Source: Octopus vulgaris (lineage: Eukaryota). Taken from it: DNA of 64,000 bases. The translations under genes and the position numbers were made by a program. The DNA is taken from assembly GCA_951406725.2 (NCBI GenBank), contig OX597821.1, positions 16,616,001-16,680,000 on the forward strand, written 5' to 3'. Positions 49,628 to 62,884 of the stretch are shown here, piece by piece. Position 1 is the stretch's first letter. The number at the start of each line of letters is the position of its first letter. The notes beneath the pieces were generated by a model. The model did no database searches. It was given only the letters and a program-made list of their open reading frames with translations, and had not been told where the DNA came from.

Positions 49628-51963
49628 ATACATAGACATAGATGGATGGATGGATGGATGTATATGTGTACGTATGTATGTATGTCTGCATGTACGTGTG
49701 TTCAAAATATTCAACGCAAGCCGGGAAATGTAGGAAAAAATACAATAATAAAATGCGATATTGTTTTTGTATTTCACTTAATTAGTTCCAGAGTACATCA
49801 TTTCAATCATATCATTTCAAACACAATATGTATTCAAAAACAGATTATCGCAATCAAATTATTTCAAAATATATTGTTAAACATTCGAAAATACCATATC
49901 ATATCCAAAATACATTACAACAATTAAATCATTTCTAGACTACCGATTGGAAAGTAGATTTTTATATTCTAAACATTTCAAAATGCAATATTAAACTCTC
50001 GAAAGTACATAATTATAAAAATACATAATTGAATATTTCGAAGTACAAAATGACAAATTACTATCATATTCATTGCAATTTACGTGTATAATTATGTGCT
50101 GCAAATAACTTAATATTTAGTGTGTCTTCTGGAGCTCAAGTCTTTCGTCTATATTCATGAAGTAATAAGAGAAGTAATGTTACATACCTTATCATACATA
50201 AATTAATTTAGGATGTAAAACTTCGTAGTTAAAATATTCCCAAAAATATGAGAAAATATATTTAAAAAATATATATATAAATGGATTTGATTAGTCGACG
50301 AATTAAACACGTTGTATATATTACAATAAAGATGTTTCATTATTGATTCTCTTTTTTATGATATTTTCATATTTCCTACAGTGTGATGCGTTAGGAAGAG
50401 TTTAAATTTGTTAACTAAGAACTTCTACATGTATCAAAATACGCACTGAGTCAAACCTTCGTAATGTTGGGAACGTATTTTTGCTGCTGATGAATAGTCA
50501 TGCGTTTTGTAAGTGATATATATAATTCTCACCATAGCTACAGCATGTTGTGACATGAATTAAGTTTTCTGAAATACATGTGAGATTATTGTTTATTTTT
50601 TACATCTATTTTCAAGCAGAATGCGGATCCTTCAGGTATATTTATAACTTCTACAATTTTAAGTCACAATAAACCACAACAAAAAGTCTATTTCACTGTG
50701 CTAAAGTGAGTTCAAAATGAGACAGCCAGGCATCCGTTTTCTTTCAAGTATATAGACGTAAATAATATAACAATACTAAAAAACCATACCTGTTATTTCA
50801 AAGACAGCAGTATGCAATACATCATCAAGCGAAGCAACGTAGTGAGATGGAGGTTATAAATGAACACGTCAAAAATCGTTGGCTCCATATAGATAGACGA
50901 AGAACACATCCTTGTTAGATGGAAGACCTTCTAAGAGAGAAATATTTACAAGATACATTCATCTCCATGAGTTTCTCTCATGCAACAGGAAGATGTCCAC
51001 TGCATCACATAATTAAATAAACAATTCAACACACCTCAGCATTTCCTCATTTAACTACCTCCCACTATGCATACATATTGTTAGATGAAATCATTAACAA
51101 TAGTCTTCATTTAATTGGTTACGGGAGCATAACCTTTATTCCCATTTCTCTTTAAAGTACTTTTTAACGATTTTTCTCGTTTTGTTTCTTGTTTTATGTT
51201 TCTATCATCTCCTCAGGATGTATACACAACAAATGTGTTAGTCATAACAGTAGCAGCTAGGTATATTAATCGATCCATAAAGTAAGCTATTCTCATCGCA
51301 TAAAACATTCAACCATAAGGTCTAGTCGTGGTAGTGAGGTGACGGCTTGTGTACATCAACTCTCAGAGCTTTGCCATGAGAGTTCAAACTTCTGGTAATA
51401 CCACCCATGCAGGAAAGATAAAAAAATAGAGGACTAACTTTTAGTAGAGTTAAAATGTATATTGCGCCGGGCCAACGCCATTAACTAGAAAAAGAAAACA
51501 AACACCAGAGAATTGATGACAATTAGAAACCAAAAATTCCTGAGCATGGACAGCCTGAGCCAAGAACAGCGGTGAAAAGTCGTCGATAGCCTATGATCCA
51601 TAGGTAGAGAAACGCTTTAGTAAGAAAGCGTAATATATAGGCCATCTAATGACTCTTTAGCACTGGTGTCAAACAAATCTTACTAAACCCCAGAGCAAGA
51701 ACTGAACTAAATAAGAAGCTGACACTTACGAGAGTATGTATCAGAGAATTTGATTAATACGCTTGAAAATCAGCAAATGGTTCATCAGAGCGAATGAAAC
51801 AATATACTCCTACACACACATATATTTTCTGTTGACTACGACTGCAAGTTTCACAACTAACAGCTTGAGTAAGTCGTTAGCCAAACTTTGAATATCTTCT
51901 AGTCACGAAATATACAATAAACCTGACCCTACATTTAATATTGCCTCAACTTATTGCGTATTA

Positions 51964-52382
51964 CTACTCTCTTTTCTCTGTTACTTGTTTCAGTCATTTG
52001 ACTGCGGCCATGCTGGAGCACCGCCTTTGATCGAGCAACTCGACCCCGGGATTTATTCTTTTTGTAAGCCCAGTACTTATTCTATCAGTCTCTTGTGCCG
52101 AACCGCTAAGTGACGGGGACATAAACACCAGCATTGGTTGTCAAGCAATGCTAGGGGGACAACACAGACACACAAGCACACATACACGCATATATATATA
52201 TATATACATACATATATACGACGGGCTTCTTTCAGTTTCCGCCTACCAAATCCACTCACAAGGCTTTGGTCGGCCCGAGGCTATAGTAGAAGACATTTGC
52301 CCATGGTGCCACGCAGTGGGACTGAACCCGGAACCATGTGGCTGGTAAACAAGCTACTTACCACACAGCCACTCCTGCGCCT
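51964..52382 (-). mobile_element. Full-length, well-preserved tRNA-derived SINE
   Basis: Head ggcgcaggagtggctgtgtggtaag...gggttcagtccc; tail ggcggtgctccagcatggccgcagtcaaatgactgaaac. Confidence 0.95.
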
Positions 52383-53914
52383 ATATGAAACTAAATGTTT
52401 CCTTTTATTTTGCTTAAAGAATAATAAGTTCAATTTACCTTGTATATACATACATACTACGACGGACCTGAATCTTGTCCAGGTGGGTAATTTCTACGCC
52501 ACTGAAACCGGGAAACCGGCCCTCATGAGCTTGGCATGGCTTGAGAAGATACATTTACATATATATATGTGTGTGTATGTGTATGTGTGTGTGATGTATA
52601 TATATATATATATAAATTGACGCTATAATGGGTGTATATATATGCATATATGTATCTATGCTGAAATTCTTAATTTATGAGAAAGATGAATTTCTTGTAG
52701 GACATAACTAACATTTTTCACATTGAGAAACATTTTTGAATGTATAGATATTCAGAGAAATGTATTAAAGGAAGCAAGGAGGAAGATTTAAGTGTAAGGA
52801 TTGAAGAAGTTACGAGTATTTCACAAAGGATATTTCGAAAAAAGACATTAATGTTTAAAAATAACCCACATTGAAAGCTACCACACTTTACACTGACGGA
52901 AAATCAATATTAAGAATTTTAACATGTTGTAAAAAAATAAAGCATACTTCTTATAATATTACGCATATTTTATAGAACACGTTTGTTTCTCCGGAGGGGA
53001 CTAGCAGTAAAAAAGTGTTGTTATGATGTTTTATTTCTCTCCCTATTTACACATTTCTGAAAAAATATTTAATTAGAATGTTCTAATAGTTTATTTCAAG
53101 TGAAATTAAAGAGGTCAAATATTTAATACGACTTCACTTAAATCCGTTAAAATAGCAAAGGGATAAAATTGACGATCAATACTGAATACTTAGGTTTGTC
53201 TAGTCAAGTAAAAATGAGTTTATTCAAAATACTTGAAGTAGATGCAATACAAAATTCATAATAATCAGAGCAAATAACGGAGTTGTGCTTAACTGGGTAT
53301 TGATTGTATGTGTTACGTATAGAGTAAAATTCTACAAGGGATTATTTAAATTATTCTTAGAGAGAATAGGATTAGAATGTTCGATTATATATATAATATG
53401 TAAAATGCGTGAATTAAATAAGAAAAAAATAATATTTTATAATACTTCTTCAATTTTGTAAAATTTATGCTTGGACGGTTTCGGGGAGGAACTTAGTTGA
53501 TCTCGATGCTATAAGTAGTGCATAGTTTAAATTCATATCAAATAAAATCAAAATAATATTCGAATAATATTTAAATATACTGGTGACAGATAACATCTAG
53601 AATAATTGATTCGTCTATTATTTACACACACGCAGAGGCGCACACATAGACTCACACATACAAACGCATATTGAGCTAGTGTTTACTGTGTTTTATATAC
53701 AGGTATGTGTGCATATATGTTTTCGTTTGTCAGTCGTTTATGGAATATGGTTGTATGTCGCGCAGAAGAATCGTATGAAAGTTGTGAAAAATAACGTATG
53801 ATTACACGTCTCAATTTACACGTCTATCAATATAATATTTTAGATATATTGCCGCCTTTAACTGTAATTCTGTCATGCAACAAATACGTCATAATTTATT
53901 CGATATATATATCG

Positions 53915-54292
53915 CGCGTGGTACTCCGTCGGTTGCGATGATGAGGGTTCCAGTTGATTCGATCCGGGGAACAGCTTGCTCATGAAATGAACGGGCAAAT
54001 GGCTGAGTACCCCACAGACACGTGTAACCTTAACGTAGTTCTACGGGACATTCAGTGTGACACAGAGTGTGACAAGGTTGGCCCATCGAAATACAAGGTC
54101 AACAGAAACAGGAAGAGTGAGAGAAAGCTGTGGTGAAAGAGTACAGCAAGGTTCGCCACCACCTCTGCTGGAGCCTCGTGGAGCTTTAGGTGTTTTCGCT
54201 CAAGAAACACTCGGAATGCCCAGTCTGGAAATTGAAACCACGATCCTACGACCGCGATTCCGCTGCCCTAACCACTGGGCCATAGCGTCTCC
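53915..54292 (-). mobile_element. tRNA-derived SINE, second family
   Basis: Head tggcccagtggttagggcagcgga...ggtttcaattt; body shared with the 48.2-48.8 kb copies. Confidence 0.9.
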
Positions 54293-54293
54293 A

Positions 54294-54349
<56 letters not shown>

Positions 54350-54352
54350 ATA

Positions 54353-55587
54353 CTAGCATTATGACCCGGCGTTGCCGGGTCATAGTGCTAGTTTGGTATA
54401 AATTTGTTAAATTAAAGATTTGGGGTAATAAAACATACAATGATATATTAAAAAGACGAATTAAAATTCCAGAGAAAAATCCATAGAAGATAAATATACA
54501 AACTTACAAAAATACATAAAAGTTCATCTATGGGCCGTTTCGGAGATGCACCAATTAATATGAAACATACATATTTAAAATTGACAACTCCCCTCGTCAG
54601 GATGTTTTTTACACACAACACATAGTACACGGAACAAATACACAATTACATACCTGCTACATGCGAAAGACCAGACGTTACGTACTCCCAAAAATTCTCA
54701 TAGATACTGAATGCTACTTTATGAGCATATAATTCAATCTAGCAGCTATAGTAAGTGATATGCGCACACTTCTGCACTCAATTAAATTTTTCATCTTTTA
54801 ATTTCTCCCATTCATTCAAAGCCACATATTCGAGTTCAAGTCTTTGATACATTTTATACTAATTACTATTTTTTCTTTTAATTGTTTTATTACGATTTAT
54901 TACCATTTTAATAAAATAAAATTTATTTAATTACTACTTACTATATTTACTATATTTAATTCAATTGTTATTGTTACCTCTAACTTTTATTGCAATTTTT
55001 ATTTTTAAATTTCTTATGGAACGTTGAGTGGATCTTAAGCGTACAATATATTTTTATATGATGTTTATATATTTATATATTACTATATATTTCTAAACGT
55101 CGGGCTTTATGTCTGTTCTGTAAATATAAATGAATATATGAATATATGTATGTGTTTGATCTTTCTGTGGATTTTGTAGTGCTCTTGTAGTTGCTGCTCG
55201 CATTGCCTCCCCTCGGATTAAAAAGTGTATACAGCTCATTTGAGCACTACTATTACAGTCTGTTATATATTTTGAGCGTTGTTGTCACTAACGATCTCAA
55301 GATATAACTTTATATTTTGTAATATATATATACATCCATATACATACAATAGAGATGTGTTTTTGTTTCACTTTTAACACGTAATACTGAAATAATGGAG
55401 CAGATATCTATATTGCTGTGGGCTCGCTCTATGCAAGAAGTTAAATATTTTTCTTTTGCCCATGACACTACATGGACCCTAAGTAAGGCATGTGTAAAAT
55501 CTGAATGAAATTGGTTGTGTAGTTCTCAAGTTTTAGGGAAACACACAGACAGATAGACACACATTCTCAGTTTTATATATATAGAGA
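54353..55587 (-). mobile_element. Non-autonomous Helitron-type element
   Basis: Minus strand A|TCTCTATATATATAAAACTGAGAATGTGTGTCT... ending in a hairpin and CTAG|T; no TSD. Confidence 0.75.
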
Positions 55588-55784
55588 TTATATATATAGT
55601 CACTCGCATTTATATATATACCCTGTCATCTTTAATTCTCTTTCAAACAGAGCATGTTTCCGTCGTATTTTAGACACATCTCTTAATAAATAAAAGTTTA
55701 ACACATACTGATATCCCATTTTTCATATCACAGTTATTCACTACCGGTTCAAAAAGTCTTATTTTAATAAGTTTAATAACGTTA

Positions 55785-56240
55785 AGGCGGTGCGTTTGAA
55801 GAATCGTTTGCTCATCAGGCATAATACTTAACGGCGTTTCGTCCGTCTTTACGTTCTAAGTTTAAATTCCACCAATTCCACTTACGTTCTAAATTTAAAT
55901 TCCACCAATTCCACTTAGCATTTTACCTTTCCGCATTTCGAGATCGATAAAATAAGTACCAGTTGAACATAGGGGTTGATGTAATCGACTACCCCCGCCC
56001 TTTCGTCAGAACCTGCTGGCCTTGCACCGAAACAATATGTATTGGAGGAAGAATCGTTAGCTTCTTAGATGGTAAGTCGTATTTCATCCGCCTTTACGTC
56101 CTGGATTCAAATTCCACTACAGGGCGACTTTGCCTTACATCCCTTCTGGGGCGATAAAATTAGTACCGGATGAGCACTGGCATTGATGTAATTGACTTAT
56201 CCCCTCCAACAAAATAGCTAGCCTTGTTACAAAATTTGAA
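55785..56240 (+). mobile_element. Two degenerate copies of the Nin/Deu-like SINE
   Basis: ggcgtttcgtccgtctttacgttct...tcgataaaataagtaccagttg; repeated at about 56040-56240. Confidence 0.8.
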
Positions 56241-56849
56241 GCCTATATGTCTAATGACATTAGAGTTAGGCCCCTTACGTCCTATGTATGAACATTATTC
56301 TATAAATATTCCGTTAGGAAGGTCTGTTGAGTGAGTCATAAAAACGTCCGAAATATAACTATATTTTCTTCCTCACTTTATGCTTACAGTTCAGATTCCC
56401 GTCGAAATCAACTTTACTTTCACCCTTCCTGGGAAAATAACATGAAACATTAATCAAATAATGTAGCTCAAAACACCGACTAACCCACTTCCCATTAAAA
56501 TCGCTGAACGATTTATTAATATTCCGCATATATAATATACTTTTCCTTCCAACACGTGTCCCTATAATATTGTCTTTTGTTATATATATATTAAAAAGAA
56601 AAAACAAACTATGTTCTCTTCGTAGCAATATAATTAAATCTCTCTCCATTGCTTAACTTATACACACATCTTTTAACTTGTATAAATGAAGTTTTTGTTA
56701 TTTCTAATTTCGTTTTATCATTCTTGTCATTCTTCACGAGCTAAAAGGTAATTTAGCTTTCAGTGTTTTTATTTCGAGCTATTTCCACCTTAACGTGTAT
56801 TTTCACTCTTTTCTCGAACTCGTGGTTATCTCTTCTAACGAACAAAATG

Positions 56850-57345
56850 ATTATATATGTATGTATATATACATATATACATACATATATGTACGTACCT
56901 ACATCTACATGTGTATATACATGCATATATGGGTACAGAACACAGAAAAAAACGTCGAACAAAATGAGAAACGAAAAAATAAACACAAAACCAAGGAAAT
57001 GGACATTCCTCTTAAACAACGAAAAAATAGAGTACAAGACATACAACACAAGGAAAATTCCCCTTCTTCAGTCACCTCTGTTTCATCTACTCCGTTTTTC
57101 GTACCTTCGAAGCGTGGAGTAGATGAAACAGAGGTGACTGAAGAAGGGGAATTTTCCTTGTGTTGTATGTCTTGTACTCTATTTTTTCGTTGTTTAAGAG
57201 GAATGTCAATTTAACTTCGTTTTGTGTTTATGTTTTCGTTTCTCATTGTGTTCGACGTGTTTTTGGTGTCCTGTACCCATATATGCATGTATATATACAT
57301 GTAGATGTAGGTACGTACATATATATATGTATATATGCATATGTT
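56850..57345. repeat. Long fold-back palindrome, arms about 240 bp, 22-nt loop (57094-57115)
   Basis: cccttcttcagtcacctctgtttcatctactcc / ggagtagatgaaacagaggtgactgaagaaggg, extending outwards. Confidence 0.95.
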
Positions 57346-57399
57346 TTATTATTAATTTGTTATTATATGATGGAACGCACGCATCCATTTCTAAATAAG

Positions 57400-57483
<84 letters not shown>

Positions 57484-57487
<4 letters not shown>

Positions 57488-58240
57488 CGTGGAAAAATAC
57501 GACCACGAGAAATAATATTCTTAAGATTATAAACCTGGAACAGTAAAGGACAAGTTATTATATCCGGTACAGTTCAAGAATTTTTTTACTTAAACTATTA
57601 CAGCTAAGGATGCAATTTCAAATTAAATATTTAGATTTAGAAAACATTAGCTTTTATTAAAACTAAAAATTGTATTACAAGTTATTTCTTCTAATTATTA
57701 TGACTGGTTACTTCTATTACGAATAAAAAATAATTCAATTAAAATATGTTTTGCACTTTAAAAAAATACATTATTTTTATTATTAAATAATAAATACAAA
57801 TTTGAAAATAGGTTATAAAAATAATAGTAGTACATAATTAGTACAATAAATAGAATAATGCAAAAAATATTTATATATTACAGTAAAATCTACCTATAAG
57901 AACAAATTCACAGTAAAATTTGCTTCACTTATTTTCTAAGTTATTGTCAACTCTTCACATTTTTAGTCGTGACCCAATGCCTATTTTTTACATAATGAAT
58001 TTGCCTACCTTATATACTATTTTACTTTGCATAAAACTGATGTTACCTTTTTAATTGTAATGTCACTTTGTAAATTAAAATCAAATAATTTTTAATATTC
58101 ACATTTTATCTTTAGCAGCAATATTTTAAGTAGAATTTTTCTTGTACTGTGCTTTACCAGATGTAATAACTTGTCCTGTACTTTTCGAGATTGATAACCT
58201 TAAGAATGTCATTTTACTTGCGCGCATTTTTCTATGTAAT
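57484..58240. repeat. Old diverged inverted repeat (fold-back or MITE-like), arms about 130-200 bp
   Basis: attcttaagattat...aggacaagttattatatccggta versus taccagatgtaataacttgtcct...ataaccttaagaat. Confidence 0.7.
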
Positions 58241-58811
58241 GCATATTTTTTCCATGTTATGTTATTATGCTATTTAATAATGTGTTAATTAATATTTTAA
58301 GATTATACTTTATTGAAAACTGAATAAAAAATTTAATTCCTCTCAAGAAAATAAATAAAGATTTTTACGGAATTTACCAAACGCCGTATAGTAACACTCA
58401 GCTGTACGCACACGAATTCGACTTAAAACGAAAGATTGCCAAAATGGCTAGTCTATTGCCAAAATTTCTAAATAATATTTTAATTTTTTTCATCTTTATG
58501 ATATGATTGCATTGATTAATACATATGTCGTAATTAAACAAATTGAAAATGGGCAGTGTCGTTGATATTTTTCTTTAATTACCTCAATGATGTCGGTGAC
58601 ATATATTAAAAGTCCCTTTATAGAATCATATTCATAAAAAAATATTGAACTATATTATCACCCTCAAATTTAAGAAACAAACTCTCATAACTTTTTCTTT
58701 TAAATCCTCTTTGCATGAGATTGATACCATGAACATTCTGGAATTGTGCTCTAGCATTTAAGCTTGATTAAAATAGAATTTGCTTTTAAAATAATAATAA
58801 AAAGTAATTAT

Positions 58812-58962
58812 AGGCGCAGGAGTGGCTGTATGATATGTAGCTTGCTTACCAACCACGTGCTTCCGGGTTCACTTTGGGCAAGTGTCTTCTACTATAGCCT
58901 TGGGCCTACCAAGGCCCTGTGAGCGGAAATGGTAGAGGGAAACTGAGAGCCCGTCGTGTATA

Positions 58963-58997
<35 letters not shown>

Positions 58998-59258
58998 GTG
59001 TGTGTGTGTGTATGTATATATGGGGGTGTATGTCTGTGTGTGTGTATATTTGTGTCTGTGTTTGTCCCCCCAACATCACTTGACAACCGATGCTGGTGTG
59101 TTTATGTCCCTATAACTTAGCGGTTCAGCAAAAGAGACCGATAGAATAAGTACCAGGCATACAAAAAATAAGCCCTAGGGCCGATTTGCTCGACTAAAGG
59201 CGGTGCTCCAGCATGACCGCAGTCAAATGACTGAAACAAGTAAAAGAATAAAAGAATA
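58812..59258 (+). mobile_element. Full-length tRNA-derived SINE
   Basis: aggcgcaggagtggctg head; tail cagtcaaatgactgaaacaagtaaaagaataaaagaata. Confidence 0.95.
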
Positions 59259-60660
59259 CTTAGATCCAAGTTTTTGCCTTACTTATATATTTTCATGATA
59301 TTTTACTTCAGAACTTTTTTGTTACAAATTTTTGTGCATGGGATCAAAACTATGAAATTCCGCATACTTTCTTCTATCATTGAAGCTAAGATACGTATAT
59401 TCTGCTTTTAAAAGGAAAAAATTATTTAACTCTAAACTTGATTGAGTCGTAACTTATTCTCCTATAGTGTTGCTACAAGTTGTGGTGTAAACTTTTTTTC
59501 TACTGGAACAATTCTCAATTGTTCGTTATGCAAAAATGTAGCTAAGGACTAGTCCTCTTCAAAATAATTAACATCTTTCAATTTGGTTAAGAACTGAATT
59601 AGCGACAAAGCTTTGAATATGCAGCGTATGAGTAAATTGCAGCCTTACGCATATTATTCAACTACTACCGTAGTTGAATGGTATATATATATATATATAT
59701 ATATATCTTATTATAAAAGGCAGATTTTATCTGCCTCCCTTTGTCAGTTATAGAAATATACAATATAGGATTTCTTCAATTACAATTTACTTAGCATTTT
59801 TAAGAGTAGAATGCATCGGGTTTTGCCAGGTCCACTTTTTAAAATTTAAACTCCAATTAAGCAAAATTTACAGAAAACTCACATTCTGGTGTGTATGTCA
59901 AATGCTTTTCTTAATGTGTTTTACACCACACGCACACGCACACACAGTGTGCAAGGAATAAAATGAAAGTAATTCACCTTTTGTAGTGAGTTGACTCTTT
60001 CAGTCTGCCACTTCCTCTTTACACACATAGACACGCAAATATATAAATAAAATTGTAAGCTAACGTGCGTGTGTGTGAGTGTGTGTGTGCGTGTGTGTGT
60101 GTGAGGGTGCGTGTGTGTGTGTGTGTGTGTGTGCATGCGTGTGCGTGAGTGTGTGACAGGAAAGTATTTTAGGACGAATATAAGACCTATATCGGCGATG
60201 TTTCGCTTGTCGTAGCACAGGTTTCCGTCGATTTCCGTAAAAAAATTATTTTTTTACATAAGTAATGAGAGCGAAAGAGACTAAGAGAAAGCGATTGTAT
60301 GACGAGGGAAGTTCTTTTGAAGTTACCGTGCATGGGACGCATTGATGTACATGTGTGTGTGTGTGTGTGTGTTTGATGGAGTGTGGGAGACGGACAGTAT
60401 GTTGTGTAAGTGAAGTGCTTCTGTTAGTGTGTGTGAAGAGACAGAGAGAGTAATGTGTGAAAGAGAGAGATAACTGAAATTTTTTACTCGGTTTATGTGT
60501 ATATGTATGTATGCATGTATGTGTGTGTGTGTGTGTGTGTATGTATGTGTGTGTGTATGTATGTATGTATGTATGGCCGATTCAGAGTTTACATTTTTTA
60601 CGGAAATCGACGGAAACGTGTGCTACGACAAGCGAAACATCGCCCCTATATCCAAGTAGC

Positions 60661-61130
60661 AGAAAGATCGCCCAAAAGTGTATATAGATATTTAAATGTA
60701 TTTATATATTCATCTATACACAGATGTATGTATAATGTGTGTGTATATATTTCCATACACGTAACCATTCACTCCGCACAAAGTTTTTTAGGACGAAAAT
60801 AAGATCTAAAGTTATCTCTAAGTAGCACAGAGATCGCCCAAAAGTGTATATAGATATACAAATGTATTTATATATTCATCTATGCACACATGTATGTATA
60901 ACGTGTGTGTATATATTTCCATAGAGGTAACCATTCACTCCATACAAAGTTTTTTAGCACGAAAATAAGATCTAAAGTTATCTCTAAGAAACAGAAAGAT
61001 CGCCCAAAAGTGTATATAGATATTTAAATGTATTTATATATTCATCTATACACACATGTATGTATAATGTGCGTGTATATATTTCCATAGAGGTAACCAT
61101 TCAATCCATACAAAGTTTTTAGGACGAAAA
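60661..61130. repeat. Three tandem 166-bp units
   Basis: gatcgcccaaaag at 60666, 60832 and 60998. Confidence 0.92.
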
Positions 61131-61378
61131 TATTTATATATAAAAGAAAGGTTGTGTGTCTGTCTACTCCGATTTAGATTCCTAACTACTTCCACATTTT
61201 GCGATGCAGTTTAACCAAAACCGGGTATCTTATAGTCGTGATTCATATCGAGCCCTTCTGGGTATTAGCGCACGTCTACGATGAGTCTATGATTTTACAA
61301 ATAATTTACCATCATTTTTTCCATTTTAATGCATATTTTTTAAAATAAACGGAAGTAACTCTCAAACTTCACACCAAT

Positions 61379-61880
61379 ATGCGTGCTCATATGCGACGTA
61401 ATATCACATCAGCAGCATTTCCTCACACCCTCCTTGCACTTGGCGAAGGCAAAATACCAGGGGATGAAAATGGTAATATTGCCATCGATTCCATTTGTAC
61501 CATTGTTAAGACGCCTTCTGATCTCAGAGATGCAGTGTTCCCAGATCTACAAGCTAATTATCAGAATATGGATTGGATTGGCAAAAAGGCTATACTGGCC
61601 CCGAGGAATAAAACTGTTCACCATATTAATGATGAAATGCTAAAACTCATTCCTGGGGAAGTCTATGTATATCAGTCTATCGATACAACTCCTGACCCAG
61701 AGGACGTCATCAACTATCCAATAGAGGTACTCAATTCCTTTGAGCACCCCGGACTACCACCACACTTTCTCAAACTTAAAGTTGGTGCCCCTATAATGCT
61801 CATCAGAAATTTGGTTCCCCCAAAACAATGCAATGGCACACGTTTGATCGTTAAGTCCTTATCTCCCACCGTAAGCTTAT
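61379..61880 (+). pseudogene. PIF1-family (Helitron RepHel) helicase fragment
   Basis: NMR...LLALGEG, AILAPRN, YPIEVLNS, GLPPHFLKLKVGAPIMLIRNL, CNGTRL. Confidence 0.92.
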
Positions 61881-62042
61881 ATCAATATTTGCCTGAATAA
61901 TCATCATAATTCAGTGCAATCATTAACAGTACTTTCAAGCAATTCAGCCCCGAGCAACGCCGGGCAATTCTGCTAGTATATATATATATATATACACGTA
62001 TGCATACATATGTATGTTAATACGGTTAAACATGTTTGCATA

Positions 62043-62077
<35 letters not shown>

Positions 62078-62081
<4 letters not shown>

Positions 62082-62404
62082 GGAAATGAAGAAAATGCTG
62101 ACAAAATAATTTAAGTAAGGGAGAGTGTATTTAATTAGGTGAAAGTTCTTTTTGCCGGTTGCGCATTTGTTATGCTTATCAAAAGATATTTTTTAAAGAG
62201 AGATAGAGTTCCTTTCTGATAGATTTTTTTTCATCTTATCTGATTAGAGGAAAAAAATCTATCAGAAAGGAACTCTATCTCTCTTTAAAAATATCTTTTG
62301 ATAAGCATAGCAAATGCGCAACCGGTAAAAACAACTTTCACCTAATTAAATACACTCTCCCTTACTTAAATTATTTTGTCAGCATTTTCTTCATTTCCTT
62401 TTTT
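62078..62404. repeat. Fold-back palindrome, arms about 155 bp, each with a U3-A8-type HHR-like motif
   Basis: Right arm: TTGATAA gcat-agcaa-atgc GCAAC CG GTA (62298-62327); mirrored at 62154-62182; flanked by (TA)n. Confidence 0.92.
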
Positions 62405-62480
62405 TATATATCACAACTCGTGTTCCACATCTCCTTTTTTAAATATATATATATATATATATATACACGCACACATGCAC

Positions 62481-62525
<45 letters not shown>

Positions 62526-62697
62526 GTGTGTGTGTGTGTGTATAGAAGATTGAAAAGGAACACACGAGTAAAAGAAAGAGTGACAGTGACAAGCAGATAC
62601 AAGGAAAATGCCTCTTGTATTTGAATACTATGGAAATATATTTTAAATATCTTTTCTTTTAATTTTTCCACAATTTAATTGTTTTCCATACTTAAAG

Positions 62698-62726
62698 TTG
62701 AAAAGCCTCAATGACTGAAACCGGTA
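62698..62726 (+). ncRNA. Eroded HHR-like motif
   Basis: TTGAAAA gcctcaatgact GAAAC CG GTA; stems I and II poor. Confidence 0.35.
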
Positions 62727-62836
62727 ATAAAATGTTCCTCATGATAAAATTATTTTATCATCTTCTACCTTGACTTGTTTTCCTCATATATATATGTGTG
62801 TGTGTGTGTATGTGTGTGAGTGTGTGTGTATGTATG

Positions 62837-62884
<48 letters not shown>

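Larger units (their letters stand above)
59706..61976 (+). mobile_element. Composite non-autonomous Helitron
   Basis: A|TCTTATTATAAAA 5' end; hairpin at 61947-61965 then CTAG|T; internal helicase fragment; second 5'-end-like motif at about 61131. Confidence 0.8.

Noticed and set aside
60661-61130. Regular repeats as a CRISPR array (also 15275-15500)
   Set aside because: Whole units repeat without unique spacers; eukaryotic transposon context and no cas genes.
61379-61900. Host PIF1 gene
   Set aside because: Intronless internal fragment directly followed by a Helitron hairpin and CTAG end.
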